Origin: Candidatus Eiseniibacteriota bacterium
GTDB taxonomy: Bacteria; Eisenbacteria; RBG-16-71-46; JABDJR01
Assembly (NCBI GenBank): GCA_963783375.1
Contig: CAWANH010000029.1
Span: 224,001-288,000 of the forward strand
Length of the DNA stretch: 64,000 nt
Reading direction: 5' to 3'
The first letter of the stretch is position 1. The number at the start of each line of letters is the position of its first letter. The position numbers and the translations under genes are program-made. The notes under the pieces are model-generated. The model did not search any database. It was given only the letters and a program-made list of their open reading frames with translations, and had not been told where the DNA came from. Below are positions 1 to 8,534 of this stretch, piece after piece.

Positions 1-865
1 GCTGGCCCGGATCGGCTCCCACCTGGTGGGACTCGGAACCTGGGCCCTGGACGTGGGGGCGATGACCGTCTTCTTCCTCATGTTCCGCGAGCGCGAGATC
101 CTCTACAACCTATTCGAAATGCTCACCGGGGCCCGGATGATGACCTCGTACACCCGGGTGGGCGGGGTCGCCTTCGACATGACCCCGGAGATCGCTACCG
201 CCATCCGGAACTTCCTGGCCTACATGCCGGACAAGATCGACGACTACGAGAGCCTGCTCACCACCAATCGGATCTGGGTGGACCGCACCAAGGGAATCGG
301 CGCCCTCACCGCGAGCGAGGCCATGGACCTCTCGCTCACCGGTCCGAATCTCCGGGCCAGCGGAGTGGCCTGGGATCTCCGGAAGACCATGCCCTACATG
401 GTCTACGACGAGCTCGATTTCGATATGGCCCTGGGCCAGAACGGCGACATCTACGATCGGTACCTGGTCCGGATCGAGGAGATGCGTCAGAGCCTCAAGA
501 TCATCCGGCAGGCCCTGGACGGGCTTCCCGAGGGCCCCTATCAGATTCAGGATCCCAAGATCGCCCTCCCCCCCAAGGACAAGGTCTACGGGTCCATGGA
601 GGAACTCATCCACCACTTCAAGATCACCTGCGAAGGGGTGGCCGCTCCTCCCGGCGAAGTCTATTTCGCCGCCGAGAACCCGAAGGGCGAGCTCGGTTTC
701 TACATCGTGGGGGACGGCACCAGCCATCCCTACCGTTGCCACATCCGATCCCCTTCGTTCATCCATCTGAGGGCGCTTCCCCCGATGGTGGAGGGTCGTA
801 TGCTCTCCGACATCGTGGCCGCCATCGGTTCCATCGACATCGTGCTGGGTGAGGTAGACCGCTAG
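1..865 (+). CDS. nuoD: NADH-quinone oxidoreductase subunit D (5' truncated by window edge)
   Basis: The frame is open from nt 2 (LARIGSHL). Motifs REILYNLFEMLTGARM, GPNLRASGV, GDIYDRYLVRIEEM, ENPKGELG and C-terminal DIVLGEVDR. Confidence 0.97.
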   Translation, partial: LARIGSHLVGLGTWALDVGAMTVFFLMFREREILYNLFEMLTGARMMTSYTRVGGVAFDMTPEIATAIRNFLAYMPDKIDDYESLLTTNRIWVDRTKGIGALTASEAMDLSLTGPNLRASGVAWDLRKTMPYMVYDELDFDMALGQNGDIYDRYLVRIEEMRQSLKIIRQALDGLPEGPYQIQDPKIALPPKDKVYGSMEELIHHFKITCEGVAAPPGEVYFAAENPKGELGFYIVGDGTSHPYRCHIRSPSFIHLRALPPMVEGRMLSDIVAAIGSIDIVLGEVDR

Positions 866-893
866 CCGACGCGGCGGGAGGCCCGGGAGTTCC

Positions 894-2984
894 ATGCCAA
901 AGGTCAAGATCGACGGACGTGAAATCGAGGTTCCCGCGGGAACCACCATCCTCCAGGCCGCGGAGCGGCTGGGGTTGGAGGTGCCGCAGATGTGCTATCA
1001 CCCGGGGCTCCGGGTGGTGGGGGTCTGCCGGGTCTGCCTGTGCCAGGTGAAGGGGATGCCCAAGATGACCCCGGCCTGCGCCACCGAGATCCGCGACGGG
1101 ATGGAGGTCGGCCTCTATACCCCCGAGGCGGAGAAGGCCCGGAAGTCGGTGATCGAGTTCTGGCTCTTGAACCATCCCCTGGACTGTCCGGTCTGCGACC
1201 AGGGCGGGGAGTGCCCGCTCCAGGACATCGCCTTCGACCACGGTCCCGGGACGAGCCGGCTCCTGGACGCCAAGGTGAAGAAGCAGAAGCGCGTGGACCT
1301 GGGGCCCCACGTGGTCCTCGACGAGGAGCGCTGCATCCTCTGCTGGCGCTGCACCCGTTTCACCCAGGAGATCTCCGGTTCCAACGGCATCATGCTCTCC
1401 GATCGCGGGGTCTACACCACGGTGGGAGCCCCGCCCGGCCAGGTTTTCGACGATCCCTTCAGCGGCAACGTGGTCGACCTCTGCCCGGTGGGAGCGCTCA
1501 CCAGCAAGGACTTCCGTTTCAAGAGCCGGATCTGGGAGATGGCTTCGACGGAGGGGATCTGCACGTCCTGCTCGGTGGGGTGCGACACCTACGTCTGGTC
1601 CAAGAAGGGGAGCGTGGAGCGTCTCACCGCCCGTCCCAATCTCCGGGTGAACGACTACTGGCTCTGCGATCGCGGGCGCTACGAGATCGATTTCGTCAAC
1701 GACGCGAACCGGCTGACCCTCCCGCGGGTGCGGGTGGGCGAGAAGCTGGTGGACGTGGAATGGCCCGAGGCGATCCGGGCGCTGGCCGACGGGCTCCGGA
1801 CCGTGGCCTCGCGGGGGCAGAACCAGGCGGGGGCGCTCTTCACCCGCCACCTGGCCAACGAGGAGTACTGGGCCTTCCAGAAGTTCGTGCGGACCGCGCT
1901 CGGAAGCAACCACCTGGCCGCGGGGCGGCAGGAGGTGATGACCGCGGCCCGGGCGGATCTCGGCCGTCGGGGCCGTCTCCTGGAATCGGCCACCCGGCTG
2001 GAGGAGATGGACGCGGTTCTGGTCCTGGGAGGGAACCTCGAGCGGACCCACCCGGTGTACTCCCTCCGGATGAGGAAGGCGGTGCGCGACAAGGGCGTGA
2101 CGCTTTTCCTGGCCACCCCCGAGGCGGGCGGGCTCGACGCCGAGGCCGCCCACGCGGAGCGGGTGCCTCCCACCCGGGCCGCCATGTGGCTGGCCGAGCT
2201 GGCCCAGAACCTGGTGGACGGGAAGACCCACGGCATGGCCGGCCGCCTGGCCGGGGTGAAGAAGCTGGCGCTGGTGGTGAACGCCGGCATCCACACCGTC
2301 GAGGTGGCGGAGGGCGTCGAGTCCTTCCTGGGCGCGGGTCCCAAGAACTCGGCCTGGAAGGCGTTCCTGCTCGACGACGGGGGTAACGTGGCCGGGGCCG
2401 CGGCGCTGGGCGTGAGCCCGCACTATTTCCCGGGCCTGAAGGCGATCAGCCCCGACGCGGCCCAGGTGTTGAAGACGAAGTGGGGGGGGCGGGTCTCCGG
2501 CGAACCCGGTCTCGAGTGGCGGGGAATGCTGGAGGCGGCGGCGGAGGGCAGGATCCGGGTGCTCCTGCTGGTCAACTCGGGGCGACCGGCGAAGTGGAAG
2601 TTCTCTCCGGAAGAGCGGGCCCTCCTGGCCCGCGTTCCGTTCGTGGCCGCCTTCGACCTCTTCGCCGACGAGATCGAGGAGTTCGCTCACGTGGTGCTTC
2701 CCACCCCGTCGTTCGCGGAGATCGACGCCACCTACACCACCGCCGACGGCCTGGTCCAGCTGGCCCGGAGGAACATCGTTCCCCGGACCCCGACCAGTCT
2801 CCAGACCCTGCACCGCGTGGCCTCCGCCCTTGGGGTGAAGCTCAAGGGACCGCAGCCGATGGACGTGTTCCGCGAGCTGGCCCGGGACGTCCCGGCATAC
2901 GGCGGGCTGGACTACGGCAAGGTGGCCCGGCAGGGGGCCCGCGGAGAGTCTACGAAGAGCCCGACCATGGTGGGGGTGCGCTGA
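894..2984 (+). CDS. nuoG: NADH-quinone oxidoreductase subunit G
   Basis: N-terminal 2Fe-2S motif (CYHPGL..CRVCLC..C), NHPLDCPVCDQGGECPLQD, RCILCWRCTRF..DLCPVGAL and the N7 motif CTSCSVGC..LCDRG, followed by a molybdopterin-oxidoreductase-like C-terminal domain. Confidence 0.95.
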   Translation: MPKVKIDGREIEVPAGTTILQAAERLGLEVPQMCYHPGLRVVGVCRVCLCQVKGMPKMTPACATEIRDGMEVGLYTPEAEKARKSVIEFWLLNHPLDCPVCDQGGECPLQDIAFDHGPGTSRLLDAKVKKQKRVDLGPHVVLDEERCILCWRCTRFTQEISGSNGIMLSDRGVYTTVGAPPGQVFDDPFSGNVVDLCPVGALTSKDFRFKSRIWEMASTEGICTSCSVGCDTYVWSKKGSVERLTARPNLRVNDYWLCDRGRYEIDFVNDANRLTLPRVRVGEKLVDVEWPEAIRALADGLRTVASRGQNQAGALFTRHLANEEYWAFQKFVRTALGSNHLAAGRQEVMTAARADLGRRGRLLESATRLEEMDAVLVLGGNLERTHPVYSLRMRKAVRDKGVTLFLATPEAGGLDAEAAHAERVPPTRAAMWLAELAQNLVDGKTHGMAGRLAGVKKLALVVNAGIHTVEVAEGVESFLGAGPKNSAWKAFLLDDGGNVAGAAALGVSPHYFPGLKAISPDAAQVLKTKWGGRVSGEPGLEWRGMLEAAAEGRIRVLLLVNSGRPAKWKFSPEERALLARVPFVAAFDLFADEIEEFAHVVLPTPSFAEIDATYTTADGLVQLARRNIVPRTPTSLQTLHRVASALGVKLKGPQPMDVFRELARDVPAYGGLDYGKVARQGARGESTKSPTMVGVR

Positions 2985-3057
2985 ACCGGCGGCGGCAGCG
3001 GGCCGCGGCCGGAGGAACCCCGAGGTCACACGGAATTTCAAGGAGCGAGGTCGAAAC

Positions 3058-3507
3058 GTGGTAGCCAACAAGGAGCGGAAGAAGACCCTGGGGGAGAAGC
3101 TCATCCTTCCCGAGCTGGTGAAGGGCTACGCGGTCACCCTGAAGACCCTGATGTCCAAGCCCTCCACCATGCAGTACCCGGAGGAGCGCTGGAAGATGGC
3201 CCGGCGTTACCGCGGCTACCCCAAGCTGGTCATGGACGAGACCGGGGAGCCCAAGTGTGTGGCCTGCGGCCTCTGCGCGGTGGTCTGTCCGCCCAACGCC
3301 ATCGAGCTCCAGGCGGGCGAGACCGACCGGGCCAAGGAGCGGTTCCCGGTGGACTTCAAGATCCACATGGGCCGCTGCATCAACTGCGGCTACTGCGAGG
3401 AGGCCTGCCCCAAGTTTGCCATCGAGATGAGCAAGATGTACGAGCTCAACACCACCTCCCTGGACGAGATGATCTATTCCAAGGAGGTCCTGCTCCAGGA
3501 CTATTGA
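3058..3507 (+). CDS. nuoI: NADH-quinone oxidoreductase subunit I
   Basis: TMQYPEE, RYRG and two 4Fe-4S motifs (CVACGLCAVVCP, CINCGYCEEACP). SD AAGGAG lies upstream of the GTG start. Confidence 0.95.
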   Translation: MVANKERKKTLGEKLILPELVKGYAVTLKTLMSKPSTMQYPEERWKMARRYRGYPKLVMDETGEPKCVACGLCAVVCPPNAIELQAGETDRAKERFPVDFKIHMGRCINCGYCEEACPKFAIEMSKMYELNTTSLDEMIYSKEVLLQDY

Positions 3508-3670
3508 TTCCGGGCGGCGGGGGTGATCCCGCGGAGCGGCTGGATCGGGCGGCCTTCCCGGAGCGGGGGGCCGCCTTCGCGTGACCGGTCGGGGCTCGGG
3601 GTCGGCGGAGATACGGCGCCCCGTCGGGCCGGGGTGACCGAGGTCCGGAACGGGACACCAGGAGACCGGC

Positions 3671-4525
3671 ATGGAGGACGGAGACGGCCGAGGCGCCCGC
3701 GCCCACCGAGCCGAGGCGGCACTCCTCGCCACCACCCTGGCCTGGGGGCTCACCTTTCCCATGATCAAGGGGGCCGTCGCCGACGCCCCCCCCTTCGCGT
3801 TTCTGGCCCTCCGGTTTCCCCTCGCCCTCCCCCTCCTCTGGCTCCTCATGCGCTTCCGACGCCCAAGCCGCAAGGCGGTGGTGCCGGGGCTCGTGCTCGG
3901 CCTGGCCCTGACCGTTTCGTTCTACGCGCAAACCCTGGGGCTCACCAGCACCACCCCCACCCGGAGCGCGTTCATCACCGGGCTGAGCGTGATCCTGGTG
4001 CCGCTCCTCTACCCGGTCTTCACCCGGCGGCTCCCCGGCCGGTGGCCCGCCGCCGGGGCGGCGGTGGCCGCGGCCGGGCTCTACCTGCTGACCGACCCCG
4101 GAGGGGGAGGGATCAATCGCGGGGACTTGATCACCCTGATCTGCGCGGCGGGCTACGCGCTCTACATCATCCTCCTCGAGATCTACTCCCGGCGCCTGCC
4201 GTACCGGGACCTCCTCCTGATCCAGCTCCTGTTGGCCTCGGTGATCTTCATTCCCCCCGCGCTCATCCAGGGGGGGACCGTCCACGTCGGGCCCGGACTC
4301 GTGTGGGGACTTCTCACCACCGGACCCATCCTCGCCCTGACCCTCTACCTCCAGAACCGCTTCCAGAAGGACACCACCGCCACCCGGGCCGCGGTCATCT
4401 TCTCGGGGGAGCCGGTCTTCGCCTCGATCTTCTCCTACCTCATCTACCGGGAGACCCTGGGACCGGTGCAGTGGGGGGGCGCCGCGCTCATCCTGATCGG
4501 GATTCTGGTGGCGGAGAAGCGATAG
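3671..4525 (+). CDS. DMT/EamA family transporter
   Basis: About 10 hydrophobic helices with EamA-type patterns (WGLTFPMIK, FLALRF, GDLITLICA, EPVFA). SD GGAG upstream. Confidence 0.9.
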   Translation: MEDGDGRGARAHRAEAALLATTLAWGLTFPMIKGAVADAPPFAFLALRFPLALPLLWLLMRFRRPSRKAVVPGLVLGLALTVSFYAQTLGLTSTTPTRSAFITGLSVILVPLLYPVFTRRLPGRWPAAGAAVAAAGLYLLTDPGGGGINRGDLITLICAAGYALYIILLEIYSRRLPYRDLLLIQLLLASVIFIPPALIQGGTVHVGPGLVWGLLTTGPILALTLYLQNRFQKDTTATRAAVIFSGEPVFASIFSYLIYRETLGPVQWGGAALILIGILVAEKR

Positions 4526-4545
4526 GCCGTCCGGGGCGCCGCCGG

Positions 4546-4574
4546 TTGACACGCCAATCCCCGGATCCTAGCCT
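4546..4574 (+). promoter_or_regulatory. Putative sigma70 promoter of the YbhB-like gene
   Basis: TTGACA-17 nt-TAGCCT. Confidence 0.55.
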
Positions 4575-4627
4575 CAATCGAAGGATACGCATCGATCCAT
4601 CGTCCGAAACCCGATCAGGAGTCTCCA

Positions 4628-5257
4628 ATGAAACTCTTCAGCGAAAGCGTCAAGGACGGGGAGTTCATCCCCGCCCGCTACGCCATGGGAAGAATCGACC
4701 CGAACGTCCACGCCGCTCCGTCGGAAAACGTGAGCCCCCACCTGGCCTGGGACGATCTCCCTCCGGGTACCCGGTCGTTGGCGCTCGTGGTCTGCGACGT
4801 GGACGCGCCGACCGACCGGACCGACGCCAACCAGGAGGGTAAGACCATCCACGAGGACTTCCCCCGGACCGACTTCTACCACTGGGTGATGGTCGACCTC
4901 GCCCCCGACGCCTCGCCGCTCCGCGAGGGGGAGTTCTCGAAGGGGATCACCGCCAAGGGCAAGCCGGGACCGGCCGGCCCACGGGGAACCCGGCAGGGCC
5001 TCAACGACTACACCCGGTGGTTCGAGGGCGACGCCGGCATGGAAGGGGAGTACTACGGCTACGACGGTCCCTGGCCCCCCTTCAACGACGAGCGGGTCCA
5101 CCGCTACCGGTTCACCCTCTACGCGGTCGATCTCGAAAAGGCGCCGGTGGGGGCGAACTTCACCGGGGCCGACCTGCTGAACGCGATCGCCGGGCACGTG
5201 CTCGCCGAGGCGACCCTGACCGGGATCTACGCCCTGAACCCGGAGAAGGCGCGATGA
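4628..5257 (+). CDS. YbhB/YbcL family PEBP (Raf kinase inhibitor-like) protein
   Basis: NVSPHLAW, SLALVVCDVDAP, FYHWV, YDGPWPP and HRYRFTLYA motifs. SD AGGAG. Confidence 0.92.
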   Translation: MKLFSESVKDGEFIPARYAMGRIDPNVHAAPSENVSPHLAWDDLPPGTRSLALVVCDVDAPTDRTDANQEGKTIHEDFPRTDFYHWVMVDLAPDASPLREGEFSKGITAKGKPGPAGPRGTRQGLNDYTRWFEGDAGMEGEYYGYDGPWPPFNDERVHRYRFTLYAVDLEKAPVGANFTGADLLNAIAGHVLAEATLTGIYALNPEKAR

Positions 5258-5334
5258 CGCCGGCGGGGCGGGCGGAGGCCGCGCCCCGGGAAGGCGATTG
5301 TTGAACCCCGGCCCGGCGACGTAAGCTCCCCGAC

Positions 5335-7929
5335 ATGATCGGACGCCGGATCGCTCAATACGAGATCCTGGAGCAACTCGGCGCGGGGGGGATGGGCGTG
5401 GTCTACAAGGCGCGGGACACGCGCCTCGATCGCCTGGTGGCGATCAAGTTCATCTCCCCCCGCTGGGGGGGCGATCCCGAGACCCACGCGCGGTTCCTCC
5501 GCGAGGCGCGCGCCGCCTCCGCCCTGGACCATCCCAACATCTGCGCCGTCCATGCCATCGAGGAGACCCCCGAGGGGGAGGTCTACATGGTCATGGCGTA
5601 CTACGAAGGAACCCCGCTCGACCGGCTCATGAGTGCGGGTCCGCTGTCCCTGGGGCGGGCGGTGGGGATCGCCACCCAGGTCGCGGCGGGCCTGGCGCAG
5701 GCTCATCAGAAGGGGGTGGTTCACCGTGACGTGAAGCCCTCCAACATCCTCCTCACCCCCGAGGGCACGGTCAAGATCGTCGACTTCGGCCTGGCCATGA
5801 TCGCCGGGGCCGAGGTCCTCACCCTGAGCGGGACTTCCCTCGGCACTCCCTCCTACATGTCCCCGGAGCAGGCGGCGGGAAAATCCGGCGACCGTCGGGC
5901 CGACGTGTGGGCCCTGGGGGTTCTCCTCCACGCCATGCTCGCGGGCGCTCCTCCCTTCACCGGCGAGAGCATGCAGTCGATCCTCTACGCCGTCCTCACC
6001 GCGGAGCCGCCGCCCCTCACCGGAGCCGGTATCGAGGCGTTCCCGCTGCTGAAGGAGATCCTGGACCGGTGTCTGGTCAAGGACCCGGCCCGGCGCTATC
6101 CCGACGCGGGCGCCGTCCTCGCCGACCTCCGGCGGCTGTCCGCCGAGATCGACCGGCGGGGGCCGGCCGGCGAGGTTCGGTCGGCCGCCCTGAGCGCCGC
6201 GGGAACGGTGGTTCTCGACGGCTCCTCCCGGCCGAGAGCGAACCGCCCGGGCCGGAGGCGGTGGATCATGGGGGCGACCACCCTGCTGGCGATCGCGGCT
6301 CTGGGCTGGGCGAGCCTCCGCATCGCCCAGCGAGGCCCCTCCGAAGCGCTCCGGGTCGCGGTGCCGCTCCCCGCGGTTACCGCCGATCCCGCCGACCCCG
6401 ACACCGCCGCGGTGGCCCAGAGCGTCCGGCTCGCCCTCACCCGCGGGCTCCTCTCCCTGAAGGGGGTGGTCCCCATCGATCCCTCGTCGTACCGGGACCC
6501 CGGCACCACCCCGATCGAGATCGCCCGCACGGTGGGGGCCGACGAGGTTCTGGTCGCCGCGGTGACCGGCTCCGCCCAGGACTGGCGGGTGGTGCTCCGG
6601 CGCATCGACGGAACCACCGGCGGCGACGCCTGGGCCCGGGAATTCACCGTTCCCAAGGACGCCTCGCCGCTTCAGCTTCCCAACGTGGTCCTGGCCCAGT
6701 TCCGAAACGGCTATCCGAAGCTCGAACCCAAGCCGGGGGGAACCGTTCTCGACGTACGGTCGGAGGATTACGACACGTTCCTCCGCATCCAGACCGCGTT
6801 CCATCGTACCGGTGGAGCCGGGGCCGATCCGGCGGACCTGCTGGAGAAGATCGCGGCGGTCGAGAAGTCCTCGCCGGCCTTCCTGGAGGCGTATCTTCTC
6901 GAGGCGGAGATCGCGCGCTACCTCTACGACCTGAACAAGACCCCGGCGATGCTCGATCGCGGAGCCGAGGCCGCGCGCGCCGCGGCCCGGCTCGCTCCCC
7001 AGGATCCCCGCCCGGTGGCCGACCTCTTCGACCTCGCCCTGCGGACGTCCGACCTCGACCGCGCGAAGGCCGAGCTCGACGATCTGGAGAAACTCGATCC
7101 CGGCAATCCCGCGCTCCTCCTCAAGCGCTCGGTCCTGGCCGAGCGGGCGGGGGATTCGGAGCGGGCGTACGCCCTCATGCGACGGGCGACCGCCCGCGCC
7201 CCCTTCCGAGGCTACCTCGAGGCCCAGGCCGAGCTGGAGTACCGGCTGGGGAAGGTCGAGGAGGCCCGGGCCGATCTGGAGCGGATCCTGGGCATGGCCC
7301 CCGGCTATCTCTTCGCCGAATCCAAGCTGGCCCAGATCGAGCTTCTGTACGGCGATCCCCGGCGCGCCGAGATCCTTTACGAGGACCTCGTGAATCGCTC
7401 ACCGGGGAACTCGGCGCGGCATACCAACCTCGGTCTGGCCCGCGAACTCCTGGGCAAGTACGAGGCCGCGGCGGATGAATTCCGGGCCGCCCTCGCCCTG
7501 GCCCCGGGGAATTCCACCATCATGCTCAACCTGGCCGATTCCCAGGCGATGCTTCACCAGGACCGCGCCGCCGACTCCCTCTATGCCCGGGTGATGGTCC
7601 TCGCGGCCCAGGATCCCGATACCTCCAGCGCGGACAACCTCCTGATCCGGGCCCAGTGTCTCGCGCATTTGGGCCGGAGCGAGGCGGCGGTCGCCACCAC
7701 CCAGGAGGCCCTCCGCTCCGCCGCCGACGATTCGGAAGCGCTCTACATCGCCTCCCTGGTCTACGCGGTGGTGGGGGACCGCGCGTCGGCCCTGGTGAAC
7801 GCCCGGAGCGCCCTGGAGAAAGGCGTTCAGGGAAGATGGTTCGGGTTGCCCTTCTTCGATCCGCTCCGCTCCGACCCGGCGTTCCGGGCGCTTCTCGGGA
7901 AGGACTCCGCCGGAGGCGCTATCCCTTGA
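5335..7929 (+). CDS. Membrane-anchored Hanks-type Ser/Thr protein kinase with C-terminal TPR region
   Basis: LGAGGMGVVY, VAIK, HRDVKPSN, DFGLA, YMSPE and DVWALG; a TM segment WIMGATTLLAIAALGWASL; helical TPR-like repeats; terminal FDPLRSDPAF motif. Confidence 0.93.
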   Translation: MIGRRIAQYEILEQLGAGGMGVVYKARDTRLDRLVAIKFISPRWGGDPETHARFLREARAASALDHPNICAVHAIEETPEGEVYMVMAYYEGTPLDRLMSAGPLSLGRAVGIATQVAAGLAQAHQKGVVHRDVKPSNILLTPEGTVKIVDFGLAMIAGAEVLTLSGTSLGTPSYMSPEQAAGKSGDRRADVWALGVLLHAMLAGAPPFTGESMQSILYAVLTAEPPPLTGAGIEAFPLLKEILDRCLVKDPARRYPDAGAVLADLRRLSAEIDRRGPAGEVRSAALSAAGTVVLDGSSRPRANRPGRRRWIMGATTLLAIAALGWASLRIAQRGPSEALRVAVPLPAVTADPADPDTAAVAQSVRLALTRGLLSLKGVVPIDPSSYRDPGTTPIEIARTVGADEVLVAAVTGSAQDWRVVLRRIDGTTGGDAWAREFTVPKDASPLQLPNVVLAQFRNGYPKLEPKPGGTVLDVRSEDYDTFLRIQTAFHRTGGAGADPADLLEKIAAVEKSSPAFLEAYLLEAEIARYLYDLNKTPAMLDRGAEAARAAARLAPQDPRPVADLFDLALRTSDLDRAKAELDDLEKLDPGNPALLLKRSVLAERAGDSERAYALMRRATARAPFRGYLEAQAELEYRLGKVEEARADLERILGMAPGYLFAESKLAQIELLYGDPRRAEILYEDLVNRSPGNSARHTNLGLARELLGKYEAAADEFRAALALAPGNSTIMLNLADSQAMLHQDRAADSLYARVMVLAAQDPDTSSADNLLIRAQCLAHLGRSEAAVATTQEALRSAADDSEALYIASLVYAVVGDRASALVNARSALEKGVQGRWFGLPFFDPLRSDPAFRALLGKDSAGGAIP

Positions 7930-8359
7930 ACGGACCCGAGGAGGGATCGTTCTGGATCTTCGGGTCCCCGAGGAACGGCGCGCCGTTGTAGTTCACCTGA
8001 ATGGTGTATTTGTACTCCTGGGGATCGGCTCCCACCGGGAGGTGATTGTTGTCCAGCACGATCAGGTCCGCGCCCTGCCGGTGGGGCTCGAAGAGTCCAT
8101 GGGGCGGAGACGGACTGAAGCTGATGCCGGACAGACTGGCTCCGGAGGTGCTGTCGGTGGTGAGCGTGAAGGTGATCCTGGCGCTCTGGCCGGCGGGTTG
8201 GGAGGCGATCACCACGTCGCCGCCGTTGGCATCGGGGAAGGTCACCGTGCCCTGGCCGTCGGCATAGGTGAACTTGACCTGGATCGTGGCCTGGTTGACG
8301 CCCCTGCCCGGCGCGCCGGGCAGGTCGCTCTTGAGATGGGGTGCCTGAGGCTTTTCCAT
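7919..8359 (-). CDS. Hypothetical beta-rich protein, DP-EP (DUF1888)-like
   Basis: 146 aa with SD AAGGAG and ATG start. Alternating beta-strand pattern and C-terminal YKYTIQV..DPKIQNDP. The family call rests on motif resemblance only. Confidence 0.7.
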   Translation of the reverse strand: MEKPQAPHLKSDLPGAPGRGVNQATIQVKFTYADGQGTVTFPDANGGDVVIASQPAGQSARITFTLTTDSTSGASLSGISFSPSPPHGLFEPHRQGADLIVLDNNHLPVGADPQEYKYTIQVNYNGAPFLGDPKIQNDPSSGPFKG

Positions 8360-8470
8360 GGGGGTCTCCTTCTCGGAACGGGTGGGATCCGGAGGGCGCG
8401 AAGTCGGGGGAAGAGCCTCAAATAGAATAGCACTTGAAATGTCGGAATCGCGTCATTATTGACCGAGGGC

Positions 8471-8511
8471 AAAGAAAACGGCCCCGCCCCCGGACCGGGG
8501 GAGCGGGGCCG
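8471..8511 (-). terminator. Rho-independent terminator after icd
   Basis: Minus-strand GC hairpin CGGCCCCGC..GCGGGGCCG followed by TTTTCTTT. Confidence 0.75.
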
Positions 8512-8534
8512 ACACGGTCTCGCCGGGCGGGCGG

